Made by a program: the position numbers and the translations under genes. This document shows, in pieces, positions 26,905-37,573 of a stretch of 49,899 nt of DNA (within the stretch, counting starts at the first letter, position 1; every line of letters begins with the position of its first letter). The notes beneath the pieces were generated by a model that was not told where the DNA came from, made no database searches, and saw only the letters and a list, made by a program, of their open reading frames with translations. This stretch comes from an uncultured Bacteroides sp. (GTDB taxonomy: Bacteria > Bacteroidota > Bacteroidia > Bacteroidales > Muribaculaceae), in contig CAYVXC010000001.1 in NCBI GenBank assembly GCA_964454925.1, forward strand, positions 3,927 through 53,825. The letters run 5' to 3'.

Positions 26905-28287
26905 TCAGTTGACATTTCCGACGATCTCATCCAGATAAAGATTGATGTCGCCGGCGCCAACTGTTAATAGGATGTCAAAATTAATGCTTTTTATTGTTTC
27001 TACCAAATCCTTTTTTGCGATTAACAACTTTTTCCCGTTTTTTATTTTGTCAAATATAATTTTCGAGGTAACACCGGGGATAGGTTCCTCACGGGCAGGG
27101 TAAATATCGAGGAGAACGACACGGTCAGCGAGTGAAAGCGCTTCGGCAAATTCAGGCGCGAAATCGCGTGTCCGGCTGTAGAGATGGGGCTGGAACGCGA
27201 CCGTCAGTTCCCGGTCGGGATAGAGGGCTTTGACCGATCTTATCGAGGCTTTCAGCTCGTCGGGATGGTGAGCGTAATCGTCGATGACGGCCCGGCCTCG
27301 GGGACCTTCCTCTTTAAGGTGGAATTCAAACCGTCGTTCCGGACCCATGAAGGTAGCCATAGCCCGACGGACATCATCGGGTGTCAGAGCGCCCGTGAGC
27401 CAGGTCGCGGCTATCGCGGCCACGGCGTTGTCGATATTGATTTCAACAGGCACTCCGAGTTCGATGTCATTAATCCTGACATCGGGACCGACAAAGTCAA
27501 AGACTATCCGGCCATCGCCGATTCTGACGTTGTCGGCGTGAAAATCGCCTCCGTCGCGAGAATAGGAAAAGGTTCTGACACCGGGTGCTGTCCGCGGGAC
27601 AAGTTTCAGGCCGGTATGGACAATCAGAACTCCGTCGGGCTTGATCAATTCGGTAAAGTGAGCGAAACTTTCGATATAGGCCTCCTCGGTTCCATAAATG
27701 TCAAGATGGTCGGGATCAGTCGCCGTGATGACCGCAATCGAGGGTGTCAGATGATGAAAAGACCGGTCGAATTCATCAGCTTCGATGACCGACCAGGGCG
27801 ATGTCTGACTGAGCAGCAGGTTCGAGCCATAGTTACGCAAAATCCCGCCGAGAAAAGCGTTTGATCCCGTACCCGACACTTCGAGAAGATGGGCGGCCAT
27901 GGACGAGGTTGTGGTTTTTCCGTGAGTTCCCGCAAAACAGATAGCTTTCGAAGAACGGGTTATGATACCCAGCACGGCCGCTCGTTTCAGCATTTCAAAA
28001 CGGCCGTCGGCGAAGTAACGGAAGATAGCGTTCGACGAGGGTACGGCGGGTGTGTAGACCACCAGAGTGTCCTCGGGATTCTTCATCGCTTCGGGAATAG
28101 TGGCGACATTGTCTTCGAACGAAATTTCCGCGCCCTCCTCGATCAGCCGTCGGGTCAGAGGGGAGGGTGTGCGGTCATATCCGGCAACCCGTTTTCCACC
28201 GGCCATGAAGTAGCGTTCGAGAGCGGCCATGCCGATGCCACCGGCTCCGACAAAATATACGTTATTGAAATCGTTAAGATTCTTCAT
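26905..28287 (-). CDS. murC: UDP-N-acetylmuramate--L-alanine ligase
   Basis: FVGAGGIGM, AGTHGKTTTS, EADEFDRSF and DDYAHHP. Start taken at ATG 28287. Confidence 0.97.
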   Translation of the reverse strand: MKNLNDFNNVYFVGAGGIGMAALERYFMAGGKRVAGYDRTPSPLTRRLIEEGAEISFEDNVATIPEAMKNPEDTLVVYTPAVPSSNAIFRYFADGRFEMLKRAAVLGIITRSSKAICFAGTHGKTTTSSMAAHLLEVSGTGSNAFLGGILRNYGSNLLLSQTSPWSVIEADEFDRSFHHLTPSIAVITATDPDHLDIYGTEEAYIESFAHFTELIKPDGVLIVHTGLKLVPRTAPGVRTFSYSRDGGDFHADNVRIGDGRIVFDFVGPDVRINDIELGVPVEINIDNAVAAIAATWLTGALTPDDVRRAMATFMGPERRFEFHLKEEGPRGRAVIDDYAHHPDELKASIRSVKALYPDRELTVAFQPHLYSRTRDFAPEFAEALSLADRVVLLDIYPAREEPIPGVTSKIIFDKIKNGKKLLIAKKDLVETIKSINFDILLTVGAGDINLYLDEIVGNVN

Positions 28288-28291
28288 TGTC

Positions 28292-29410
28292 TTACTTCCT
28301 TTTACTGATAATAATTTCTTCGGCCCGGTCAACGATTCTCGCCGCGGAGTCGGGAAGGGCCATTGCTTTAGCCGCCTGTCCGATTTTTTCGAGTTTTTGG
28401 GGATCACGGACCAATCCGATAATTTCGTCAACCAGTTTAGAGCGGGCTTCGTCATCGGTAACCATGACGGCGGCGCCACGGTCGGCAAGAGCGAGAGCAT
28501 TTTTCCGCTGATGGTCCTCGGCCACGTTGGGCGACGGAACAAGAATTGAGGGACAACCAAGCAACTGGAGTTCGCTGATCGTACCCGCCCCGGCGCGTGA
28601 GACAACTAGATCGGCTGCACGGTAGGCCAGAGCCATATCGTCGATAAACGCCGAAGCTTTGATGCCTTTGTGGCCATCGGCACAGGGTACGAAACGGTCG
28701 GCATAATAGCGACCGGTCTGCCACATCAGCTGGATCCCGGCTTTCTCTATTGCTTCCAGGCCGGCTGAAATGGAATCATTGACAGTCAAAGCACCCAGGC
28801 TGCCGCCTACAACAAGAACAAGCGGTCGGTCCGACTCAAATCCGAGTGTACGTTTGGCTTCTTCACGGCTCATCGAGACTTCGAGAATGGCACTTCTGAC
28901 GGGGTTTCCGGTGAGTACAATCCTGTCAGCCGGAAAGAACCGGTCCATATTCTCGTAGGCGGTACAGATCGCTTCGGCCTTTTTTCCAAGCATTTTGTTG
29001 GTAACGCCGGCGTATGAGTTCTGTTCCTGAATGAGTGTCGGATAACCTTTTTTCTGAGCCGTTTTAAGGGCCGGGCCGCTTGCATAGCCCCCTACCCCGA
29101 TGACGATGTCCGGATTAAAGCCGGTTATTATGCTTTTGACCTTCCGCATACTTTTCATCAGTTTGGCGACAACCTTGAAGTTCCGCCAAAGTTTTTTGCG
29201 GTCAAAACCGGCTACCGGAAGCCCGACAATCTCATATCCGGCTTTAGGTACACGTTCCATTTCCATCCTTCCTTCAGCTCCGACGAAGAGAATCTTCGCG
29301 TCGGGGTATCGGTGTCTGATTTCATTGGCTATCGAGACGGCGGGAAAAATGTGTCCGCCGGTGCCGCCACCGCTAACGATGACTCGCGGGGCCTCTTTTA
29401 ATCGACTCAT
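28292..29410 (-). CDS. murG: Undecaprenyl-PP-MurNAc-pentapeptide GlcNAc transferase
   Basis: GGGTGGHIFP, GGYAS, EQNS, GNPVR, GGSLGA and HQRKNA. Confidence 0.97.
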   Translation of the reverse strand: MSRLKEAPRVIVSGGGTGGHIFPAVSIANEIRHRYPDAKILFVGAEGRMEMERVPKAGYEIVGLPVAGFDRKKLWRNFKVVAKLMKSMRKVKSIITGFNPDIVIGVGGYASGPALKTAQKKGYPTLIQEQNSYAGVTNKMLGKKAEAICTAYENMDRFFPADRIVLTGNPVRSAILEVSMSREEAKRTLGFESDRPLVLVVGGSLGALTVNDSISAGLEAIEKAGIQLMWQTGRYYADRFVPCADGHKGIKASAFIDDMALAYRAADLVVSRAGAGTISELQLLGCPSILVPSPNVAEDHQRKNALALADRGAAVMVTDDEARSKLVDEIIGLVRDPQKLEKIGQAAKAMALPDSAARIVDRAEEIIISKRK

Positions 29411-29432
29411 TTCTTATTCTGTATAAGAGGTT

Positions 29433-30722
29433 TTACAACTGGGTTGGATTGTCCGCAAGAATGCCTTCGGACAGATCGCTCATTTTCTCGGCCTTCTCTT
29501 CCTTAATGTTCTTACGACCGGCAAAACGGCTGACCGACAACATCATGCCGAGTGCCACCGATGAAATTATCACGGATGAGCCGCCTTTTGAAATGAATGG
29601 GAGCGGCTGGCCCGACACCGGGAAAAAGCCGGTTACAATCGCCATGTGGAAGAGCGCCTGATAGACAATGAACACGGCCATTCCTATGACAAGGAGCGCC
29701 GGATATGCTTTCTTACATTGGGAGGCAATTCGTCCGGCTCGAGCGAGCAACCACAGGTAGAGGACCATCACAACCAGGCCACCCATAAGACCCGTATCCT
29801 CGATGATGATCGCATAGATGTAGTCGCTGAAAGCAAGCGGCAGTCTGGCCGTTTCGCGCGAATTGCCCGGAAAAACACCGAATGTGCCGCCGTTGGCCTG
29901 GGCAATGAACGAGTATTGCTCCTGTTGGTTCTCGGACGTTATCGGGTCCTTGTATTTGTCGGGAGAGAAAAAGTTGGCGATACGTTTCTTTCGCAGATTC
30001 GTTCGGTCTCCGGGCTCGTTGTTTGTCATTTCAATGTCCTCTTTTTCCGAAGCAGACGCGGACTTGACAACCCAATAGACACCGCCAAGCATTCCGTAGA
30101 TTGCAATAACGATGAAAAGTTTCTTCCAAGGCACACCGCCGATACACATCATCGACAGCGAGATGGCCATCAACAGGATTGTATTGGTCAGCCCTTGATT
30201 GACAAGAAGAATACCGAACAGAAGGACAAAACCGCCGACGATGATGAGCGCACGGTTGGTGACATCGGGTCGGCCTCGAACTTTTATCTGACCGTCAGCG
30301 AGCACACGGGCAATCAGAAGTGCCGCCGAGAATTTCAGCAATTCACTGGGCTGAATCGAAAAGAGCACCAACGAGAACGAACGTCTGGCTCCGTTGATTA
30401 TCTGGCCATAGAACATCGTGTAGATCGTCGCCACGATACTTATTCCGACTATCCACCATGTCAGCTTCCTGAACTTCCGGTAGTTGATGCGCTGAAGGAA
30501 TATCATTATCAGAAAACCGGCGAAAAGGAGTGCCGCATGACGGAAAAGCGGAGCAAGGATATGTCCGTCGGTGACCTCACGCGACGAAGCACTGTAAAGC
30601 TCAATGAGCGAAATGACGACCAGACCGAAATAGATGCCCCAGATCTGACGGTCGCGCCGCGGCTTGAGACGCAGCGCCTGCAGATCGGCTTCCACACTGT
30701 CAGGAGCGGGACGCGGACTCAT
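29433..30722 (-). CDS. ftsW: SEDS peptidoglycan polymerase FtsW
   Basis: NGARR, IQPSELLK, LPLAFSDYI and GQPLPFISKGGSS. Confidence 0.93.
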   Translation of the reverse strand: MSPRPAPDSVEADLQALRLKPRRDRQIWGIYFGLVVISLIELYSASSREVTDGHILAPLFRHAALLFAGFLIMIFLQRINYRKFRKLTWWIVGISIVATIYTMFYGQIINGARRSFSLVLFSIQPSELLKFSAALLIARVLADGQIKVRGRPDVTNRALIIVGGFVLLFGILLVNQGLTNTILLMAISLSMMCIGGVPWKKLFIVIAIYGMLGGVYWVVKSASASEKEDIEMTNNEPGDRTNLRKKRIANFFSPDKYKDPITSENQQEQYSFIAQANGGTFGVFPGNSRETARLPLAFSDYIYAIIIEDTGLMGGLVVMVLYLWLLARAGRIASQCKKAYPALLVIGMAVFIVYQALFHMAIVTGFFPVSGQPLPFISKGGSSVIISSVALGMMLSVSRFAGRKNIKEEKAEKMSDLSEGILADNPTQL

Positions 30723-32089
30723 TTTCCGCCCTCCTCCTTAGGGAGCATGCCTCTGACGGCATCCTTGAAACGGCGCCCGCGGTCCTCGTATGATTTGAAC
30801 AGATCGAAGCTCGCGCAGCATGGTGACAGAAGGACCACATCGCCGGCAGTAGCCAGGCGACGCGCTTCAGCGAGACATTTATCGAGTGAATCGGTTGATG
30901 TCACCGGAACATGAGGGGAGAAAAAGTCAACTATCTTCTCGTTGTGAAGTCCCATTGCAACGATTGCCTTGACCTTCTGCTTTACCAATGGGAGAATTTC
31001 ACTGTAATCATTGCCTTTATCTTTGCCACCGAGAATAAGCACCGTCGGCGCGGTCATGGATTCCAGTGCATAGAAAGTTGAATTGACATTGGTGGCTTTC
31101 GAGTCGTTGATGTAACGGACTCCGTCGACGGTAGCGGTGTATTCAAGGCGGTGCTCGACTCCTTCAAAATTTGACAGGGCGTGACGGACCTTTTCTTCGG
31201 GAATATCAAGCAGACAGGCGGACAGAGCGGCTGCCAGCGAGTTGTAGAGATTATGGAGGCCGTTGAGCGACAGATCGGCGCGATCCATTCTCAGCTTTGT
31301 ACCCGGCGTATTTACTACAACCTCCCCGTCCTTGACAAAGGCTCTTGGCCGGGGTTCTTCCTCGCCATGGGATTCGTGTTCGGCAAAAGGATAGAGCGAC
31401 GCTTCGACTGAGATCCGTTTCATCTGGGCACTGATGACGGGATCGTCCTGCCAATAGATGAAAGCATCGCGCGAAGTCATGTTTTGCAGAATTCTGAATT
31501 TTGCGCGGACATAGTTTTCAAACTTATTCTCGTAACGGTCGAGATGATCGGGGGTAATATTGAGGAGCACGGCGATATCGGCCTTGAAACGATGCATGTC
31601 GTCGAGCTGGAAACTGCTGAGTTCAATGACATAGACCGGATGAGGCGCCCGGGCGACCTGATAGGCAAGACTATGACCGACGTTCCCGGCCAGGCCGACA
31701 TCGAGACCGGCCTCGGTCAGAATATGATATGTCAGCATCGTTGTGGTCGTCTTGCCGTTTGAGCCTGTGATGCATACCATTTTCGAATCGGTGAAACGGC
31801 CTGCGAATTCGATTTCGCTTTCAACGGGAATATTTTTTGACGCGACAGCCTGCATTATCGGTGTTTCCTTGGCAATCCCTGGGCTTTTCACCACCAGATC
31901 GGCATCAAGGATTTTTTCGCGGGTATGATGTCCTTCTTCATAGTCGATACCTTCGCGTTCGAGCACTTCCTTGTATTTCGTCGCGATGGTTCCCATGTCA
32001 CTGACAAAGACGTCATATCCCCGGTCTTTACCCAGGATGGCAGTGCCGACGCCACTTTCACCGGCGCCTAATATAACTAATCGTTTCAT
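30719..32089 (-). CDS. murD: UDP-MurNAc-L-Ala--D-glutamate ligase
   Basis: GAGESG, ITGSNGKTTT, ELSSFQL, NDSKATN and LLSPCCASFD. Confidence 0.97.
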   Translation of the reverse strand: MKRLVILGAGESGVGTAILGKDRGYDVFVSDMGTIATKYKEVLEREGIDYEEGHHTREKILDADLVVKSPGIAKETPIMQAVASKNIPVESEIEFAGRFTDSKMVCITGSNGKTTTTMLTYHILTEAGLDVGLAGNVGHSLAYQVARAPHPVYVIELSSFQLDDMHRFKADIAVLLNITPDHLDRYENKFENYVRAKFRILQNMTSRDAFIYWQDDPVISAQMKRISVEASLYPFAEHESHGEEEPRPRAFVKDGEVVVNTPGTKLRMDRADLSLNGLHNLYNSLAAALSACLLDIPEEKVRHALSNFEGVEHRLEYTATVDGVRYINDSKATNVNSTFYALESMTAPTVLILGGKDKGNDYSEILPLVKQKVKAIVAMGLHNEKIVDFFSPHVPVTSTDSLDKCLAEARRLATAGDVVLLSPCCASFDLFKSYEDRGRRFKDAVRGMLPKEEGGK

Positions 32090-32119
32090 CACTGTTACAG
32101 TTGATTGAGAGAGTTCTTA

Positions 32120-33373
32120 TTATCTGATTTTAAGAGTCACGAAGGTAAGTGCGGCCAAAATGATGCCTACAATCCAGAATCTCACGACAATCTTAGATTC
32201 GGGTATCGGCTGGAGAGGTTTCTGAATGATGGCATCGATACCCGAATTGCCGGCTTTCTGGAAATGGTGGTGGAGCGGCGTCATTTTGAAAATACGACGT
32301 CCTTTCGTGTATTTAAAGAATCCGACCTGAAGCATGACCGACAGGTCTTCGATATAGAAAATCGCACATAGAATCGGGAGAAGAAGCTCCTTGTGGATGA
32401 GGATAGCGAAAACAGCGATAATTCCACCGAGTGTAAGACTGCCCGTGTCGCCCATGAAGACCTGGGACGGGTAGGCATTATACCAAAGGAATCCGACCAG
32501 TGCTCCGATAAAGGCAGCCATGTAGACCACGAGTTCCTCACTCCCGGGGATATACATTATATTGAGATAGGACGAATAAATGACGTTTCCGCCCAGATAT
32601 GCCATGATGACAAGCGCCAGCCCAATGATCGCCGAACAACCGGTCGCAAGACCGTCGAGACCGTCTGTCAGATTCGCACCGTTTGAGGTCGCGGCGACAA
32701 AAAAGATTGTAACGATCAGGAAGAAGATCCAGCCACCGGTTTCGGCAGCGTTCTCACCCATCCACGATGTCAGCGACGAATAGTCGAAGTTATTGTTCTT
32801 AACGAAAGGAATAGTGGTTACGGGCGCTTTCTGAACATCGCTTTCATACACGACTTCTTCAACCCGGTTTGTCTCATAGTTGACAACCTCGTGATTGGCG
32901 ACCGTCACCATGTCGGGATTGAGATACATGGTGGTCGCGACAATAACACCTATGCCAATCTGACCGATGATTTTATATTTGCCTTTCATCCCTTCCTTGT
33001 TGCGCTTACTGATTTTCTTGTAGTCATCAAGAAAACCGATGGTACCGAGCCAGAGCGTGGCCACAAGCATGAGAAGCATGTATGGATTCCCGAGATTCGA
33101 CACCAACAGACACGGGACCACGATGGCCAGGATGATGATGATTCCTCCCATTGTCGGCGTACCGGTTTTCTTCATCTGTCCTTCGAGACCCAGGTCGCGG
33201 ATAATTTCGCCGACCTGCATGAGCTGCAGCCGCTCGATGATTCGACGTCCGAAGAAGATCGCGATAAGCATGGCGAGCACAAAAGCCGCCCCCGAGCGGA
33301 ATGTCACATAGTCGAAAAGACGTGAGCCGGGAATGTTGTAATCGTTCAGCCAGTTGAAAAGATAATAAAACAT
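32120..33373 (-). CDS. mraY: Phospho-N-acetylmuramoyl-pentapeptide transferase
   Basis: KTGTPTMGG, FLDDY, NLTDGLDGL, FMGDTGS and PLHHHF. Confidence 0.97.
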   Translation of the reverse strand: MFYYLFNWLNDYNIPGSRLFDYVTFRSGAAFVLAMLIAIFFGRRIIERLQLMQVGEIIRDLGLEGQMKKTGTPTMGGIIIILAIVVPCLLVSNLGNPYMLLMLVATLWLGTIGFLDDYKKISKRNKEGMKGKYKIIGQIGIGVIVATTMYLNPDMVTVANHEVVNYETNRVEEVVYESDVQKAPVTTIPFVKNNNFDYSSLTSWMGENAAETGGWIFFLIVTIFFVAATSNGANLTDGLDGLATGCSAIIGLALVIMAYLGGNVIYSSYLNIMYIPGSEELVVYMAAFIGALVGFLWYNAYPSQVFMGDTGSLTLGGIIAVFAILIHKELLLPILCAIFYIEDLSVMLQVGFFKYTKGRRIFKMTPLHHHFQKAGNSGIDAIIQKPLQPIPESKIVVRFWIVGIILAALTFVTLKIR

Positions 33374-33435
33374 TGGTTTTGATTTTATCGGGTTCTGAAA
33401 TCAGACCTGTGATTGGTTTTAGTTAGTATTATTCT

Positions 33436-34911
33436 TTAGCTTTTAGTTCGGGCCGCGATCGCTTTGAGTGCTTCCTCGCGGTCGTCAAAATGGATTCGGC
33501 GCCGGTTTTCGAATTCCTGATAGGTCTCGTGGCCTTTGCCTGCCACCAGAACGACGTCGCCCGGAGCCGCATCGGCAACCGCCTCGGCTATGGCCCTGGC
33601 ACGGTCAAGAATGACCGAAACCCTGACGTTCTCACCGGTAATGCCTCCCACGATATCGTCGGCAATGACCGACGGGTCCTCGTCTCGCGGATTGTCAGAC
33701 GTGACGATGATCCGCGACGAGTAACGCGACGCCGTCTCACCCATCAAAGGACGTTTCCCGTGGTCACGGTTTCCACCGGCTCCCGTCACGGTCGTCACCT
33801 TTCCACGCCCGGCGAGAGTGTCACAGATCGTCGAGAGAACGTTGGCGAGAGCATCGGGAGTATGGGCATAGTCAACGACAACAGTCATACCGTCGGCCGA
33901 GGTGAAGGTCTGGAAACGGCCGGCCACCGGCACAAGCCGGCTGATATTGACTGCGGCTGCCTGTGGATCAGTTCCGAGAGTTACGGCGGCACCGAACACG
34001 GCCGTCAGATTCGACGCATTGAAGCGTCCGGCAAAAGGTGTTTCAATTTCAATTCCGTTCAGGCTCAGTGTCATGCCGTCGATGCGGCTTTCAATGACAC
34101 GTCCACGGAAATCGGCCTCGCCTCTGACTGAATATGTGAGGCGTCGAGCTCTGGTATTCTGGAGCATTACCGACCCATTGGAATCGTCGGCGTCTGTCAA
34201 CGCCCAGGCATCGGCCGGCAACATATCGAAGAATGATTTTTTTGCTTCGAGGTATGCTTTGAAGGTGCCGTGATAATCAAGATGGTCACGTGTAAGATTG
34301 GTGAAGATTCCGCCGCTGAATCTTAGTCCCGCGGTCCGGTGCTGAACCATCCCGTGGCTGCTCACTTCCATCGCGGCGAACTGACAGCCCGCTTCGACCA
34401 TTTCGGCCAGCAGACGGTTGGTCTCGAGCGGCGAGGGCGTCGTATTGACAGCGGGATAAACCGTGTCTTCGACGCGATTTTCAACGGTGGAGAGGAGCCC
34501 CGCCTTCATCCCGCCAAGCCGGGCCATTTCATAGAGCAGAGTGGCGATAGTGGTTTTTCCGTTGGTACCGGTCACTCCGACCAGTGTGAGTCGGCGCGAC
34601 GGGTTGTCATACCATTCTGAGGCCAGGTGACCGAGAGCGACAGCCGCGTTACTGACTTTTATCCACTTGACCCCGGTAACGATGTCAACCGGAAAATCCT
34701 CGCAGACGATAGCGGTCGCACCGCCCCGGATAGCATCGGCAATATAGTCGTGACCATCAGACACGGGACCGCGGACAGCGACAAACATCGACCCTGGTAC
34801 GACCTGCCGCGAGTCGGCGGTCAGAGCAGTCACGACCATGTCGGAGGCCGCAATTCCTCCGGTGATTTCCTCAGTGATGATTGACGATAGGAGTCTGGAT
34901 AGTTTGTGCAT
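33436..34911 (-). CDS. murE: UDP-MurNAc-tripeptide synthetase (meso-DAP ligase)
   Basis: GVTGTNGKTT, MEVSSH, NLTRDHLDYH, DYAHTPDA, DNPR and GKGHETYQ. Start taken at ATG 34911. Confidence 0.97.
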   Translation of the reverse strand: MHKLSRLLSSIITEEITGGIAASDMVVTALTADSRQVVPGSMFVAVRGPVSDGHDYIADAIRGGATAIVCEDFPVDIVTGVKWIKVSNAAVALGHLASEWYDNPSRRLTLVGVTGTNGKTTIATLLYEMARLGGMKAGLLSTVENRVEDTVYPAVNTTPSPLETNRLLAEMVEAGCQFAAMEVSSHGMVQHRTAGLRFSGGIFTNLTRDHLDYHGTFKAYLEAKKSFFDMLPADAWALTDADDSNGSVMLQNTRARRLTYSVRGEADFRGRVIESRIDGMTLSLNGIEIETPFAGRFNASNLTAVFGAAVTLGTDPQAAAVNISRLVPVAGRFQTFTSADGMTVVVDYAHTPDALANVLSTICDTLAGRGKVTTVTGAGGNRDHGKRPLMGETASRYSSRIIVTSDNPRDEDPSVIADDIVGGITGENVRVSVILDRARAIAEAVADAAPGDVVLVAGKGHETYQEFENRRRIHFDDREEALKAIAARTKS

Positions 34912-34930
34912 AGTCGGGTTGATTGGAAGG

Positions 34931-37138
34931 TTATAGTCTGGTAGAGAGAATGAGCTGAATTGTCTCGCCTTTTTTAAGAGGTTCGCCGGGGGAAGGAGTC
35001 TGACTGACGACCGCACCGGTACCGCGGTATTTCAATTCATAACCGCGTTCTTCAATAGCCACGATGGCCTCGCGGAGACTGAGGCCGACTACATTCGGAG
35101 CCGTTCCCGGGCGGGTTTCTCCCGGAGTGACGAGCCGATGGCCACGGCCACCCGTACCGGCGAATTCACGGATCAGTCCGTCACGGTGAGTGCGCCGGGT
35201 GGCCTGAATTGTCATCGACGAAGGATTCTGGACACCGCTTTTATGGAAATCGGGGCCCGGACCGAGCATACCGCGCGAATACATTCGGTTGACGGTATTG
35301 AGCATAACCGTGCCGCTCACGATGCCGGCATTGTTCGACCCCCCGGTACGCGGATGGGAAATGACAACGATACAGGTATATTTAGGATTCTCGTAGGGGA
35401 AGAAACCACAGAATGAGAATCGATAGACACGGTCCATATACCCCTTGGGGCGGCGGACGGTCGAGTCTTTGGGATTTATCCTCAGTTTTTCGCGATCGGC
35501 TTCAGAGAGTTCTTTGGCAACCTTGGCCGTGCCGGTTTTTCCGGCGACATTGACAGCCGCTTTTTTCATATTTTTAGCTGTTCCACCCTGCCCGACTACG
35601 ACCTGACGCAACATGTCTCGGACATCGCGGGCCGTGCGCTCGCTGCATATCTTTTCACGGATATAGCTTACGGGGATGATTGAGTCGCCGCGCTCGGTCG
35701 TGATTTTTGAAACGAGACGCGGACGGACGAATTTTCCGTCATTGGCCACCGCGTTATAGAAAGCACAGAGATAGAGGGGCGAAATCTGGTTGCCATATCC
35801 CCACGTCTGGCGTCCGAGGGTAACAAGACCGCCGTCCTTAACCGACAGGTTCGGGAAATATGGGGGTACCTCGCCGGCAATACCGGTATTGAATCGTTCG
35901 AAAAGTCCCATTTCCTTGATTCGGTCGCGAAGTCCGTTGGGATAGTCGCGATAATGGGGTGCGACGAGTTTGGTCATACCGATATTTGAGGAATATTCCA
36001 GGAAGCGTCTGACTGGCAGATCGGCCGGCGAGTGTGTGTCGACGATCGGACTTCCGCCCCCGAAGACAACGCCCCCGCCAAGATGATAGACTTCGTCGAG
36101 ATTCTTCACAAATCCTTCTTCCATCGCTATAACCATCGTGATGGTCTTCATAACCGAACCGGGTTCGAATCTCATCACCGCGCGATTGATGGCCTCGATA
36201 TAGTTGCCGGCCGAGTCTCGCTCAAGGTTTGAGATGGCTTTTATATCGCCGGTTTCAACCTCCATCAATATTGCAGTCCCCCAGTCGGCCGCCGTCTCGG
36301 TGAGCTGACGGTTGAGCTCGGTCTCGAGAATGTCTTGCATACTGATGTCGATGGTAGTGGTGACGGTATATCCGTTGACGGGCGGAATGTCGGTCCAGTT
36401 TACAATTTTGTGGGTCAGCGGGACTTTTTTGGCTACCCCCGGACGCCCATACAGAAGAGAGTCGAGAGCATACTCCAGACCGGACACGCCATGTATGCGG
36501 CTACTGGTCTTTGTCTGGCCGACACGTCCTATCGAACGTCGGGCCATAGCGCCGTAAGGATAGGTCCGTTTGAGAATCTTGTCACGGGTCAGGCCGTTTT
36601 TGTTGGGATTCTTCCACCGGTGAAAAAATGGATACTGCTTGATATCCTCGCTCTCACTGAACGACAGGTTGCGTAAAAGAGTATAGGAATGGGAACGCTC
36701 ATTTTTCGGTTTGTCGAGAGGCTTGAGGAGATATGCCCTCCAGTCCTCGACCGAACGGACGGGATAATGAAGGGCAAGGCTGTCAGAAAGACTGTCAATA
36801 GCCGCGGCGAACTCATCTTCGCGGAATTGAGAAGCGCCATAGTCGATTCGGAGGGTATAGTAATTGAGATTCGTGGCGAGGACACTGCCGTCGGCCGCAA
36901 GAATCTCACCGCGGTCGGGATAGATCGTGTCGCGCTTCATAAGCTCGACATTGGCTTTCTCAACCCATTTTTCGCGGTCGATAACGGTTGTGTATATCAT
37001 TGCCCGGACTATAAACGCCGCAAACAGCACGATCAATGTTGATACCACGACATAGCGCCATAGTATCTTGATTCGGGCTGTCCGTTTGAACGGGGTCTGG
37101 GTTTCCGGGGTTTCTTTGCTCATCGGTCGGGGTGACAT
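34931..37138 (-). CDS. ftsI: Class B penicillin-binding protein (FtsI/PBP3) with C-terminal PASTA domain
   Basis: EPGSVMK (SxxK), SSN, KTG; PASTA-like PNVVGLSLREAI...VVSQTP. Confidence 0.93.
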   Translation of the reverse strand: MSPRPMSKETPETQTPFKRTARIKILWRYVVVSTLIVLFAAFIVRAMIYTTVIDREKWVEKANVELMKRDTIYPDRGEILAADGSVLATNLNYYTLRIDYGASQFREDEFAAAIDSLSDSLALHYPVRSVEDWRAYLLKPLDKPKNERSHSYTLLRNLSFSESEDIKQYPFFHRWKNPNKNGLTRDKILKRTYPYGAMARRSIGRVGQTKTSSRIHGVSGLEYALDSLLYGRPGVAKKVPLTHKIVNWTDIPPVNGYTVTTTIDISMQDILETELNRQLTETAADWGTAILMEVETGDIKAISNLERDSAGNYIEAINRAVMRFEPGSVMKTITMVIAMEEGFVKNLDEVYHLGGGVVFGGGSPIVDTHSPADLPVRRFLEYSSNIGMTKLVAPHYRDYPNGLRDRIKEMGLFERFNTGIAGEVPPYFPNLSVKDGGLVTLGRQTWGYGNQISPLYLCAFYNAVANDGKFVRPRLVSKITTERGDSIIPVSYIREKICSERTARDVRDMLRQVVVGQGGTAKNMKKAAVNVAGKTGTAKVAKELSEADREKLRINPKDSTVRRPKGYMDRVYRFSFCGFFPYENPKYTCIVVISHPRTGGSNNAGIVSGTVMLNTVNRMYSRGMLGPGPDFHKSGVQNPSSMTIQATRRTHRDGLIREFAGTGGRGHRLVTPGETRPGTAPNVVGLSLREAIVAIEERGYELKYRGTGAVVSQTPSPGEPLKKGETIQLILSTRL

Positions 37139-37174
37139 AGAGTGTGGAGAGATTGGTTTCTGGATGTAGAGGAT

Positions 37175-37573
37175 TTAGTCGGCTTTGGGATATGCAAGAC
37201 GATATGGCGGATGCTGTTGCACCCTGAGTCCGGGACGGATGCTGTCGGCCAGTTCGGTCATAGCCGATTCACGGATGCGGCTCATGTAGTTCGAACGTTC
37301 ACGGATGCTTTCGGTCTTGATGACTTCCAGCTCCGTTTCGAGTTTCTTGATCGCCTCCATGCTCGTCATACATTGGTATTTCGTCGAAATATAGATCATG
37401 ATCAGAACCAGAGCGACAAAAACCTTCAGCCAGTTTTTGAGGAAAAAGTCACTGGTCAGAACATTACCCTGGAGAATCCGGCGGAAAATGTTCTGGCGAG
37501 GACGCCTGACCTGATCGTCACGGCGCTTTCCCGATTTTTGGTTTTTTTTCTGATTGGCAACGTCTTGGCTCAT
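37175..37573 (-). CDS. ftsL: FtsL-like cell division protein
   Basis: Basic N-terminus, single TM and coiled coil; directly upstream of ftsI. Start taken at ATG 37573. Confidence 0.8.
   Translation of the reverse strand: MSQDVANQKKNQKSGKRRDDQVRRPRQNIFRRILQGNVLTSDFFLKNWLKVFVALVLIMIYISTKYQCMTSMEAIKKLETELEVIKTESIRERSNYMSRIRESAMTELADSIRPGLRVQQHPPYRLAYPKAD

Noticed and set aside
28288-28605. N-terminal extension of murC in the ORF track
   Set aside because: Overlaps murG; MurC homology starts at MKNLNDF (28287). The extensions of murE, ftsA, ftsL, cobB and uvrC were trimmed for similar reasons.
29646-30914. 422-aa plus-strand ORF and similar antisense ORFs over dcw, porZ and uvrC
   Set aside because: Fully overlap well-supported genes on the opposite strand.
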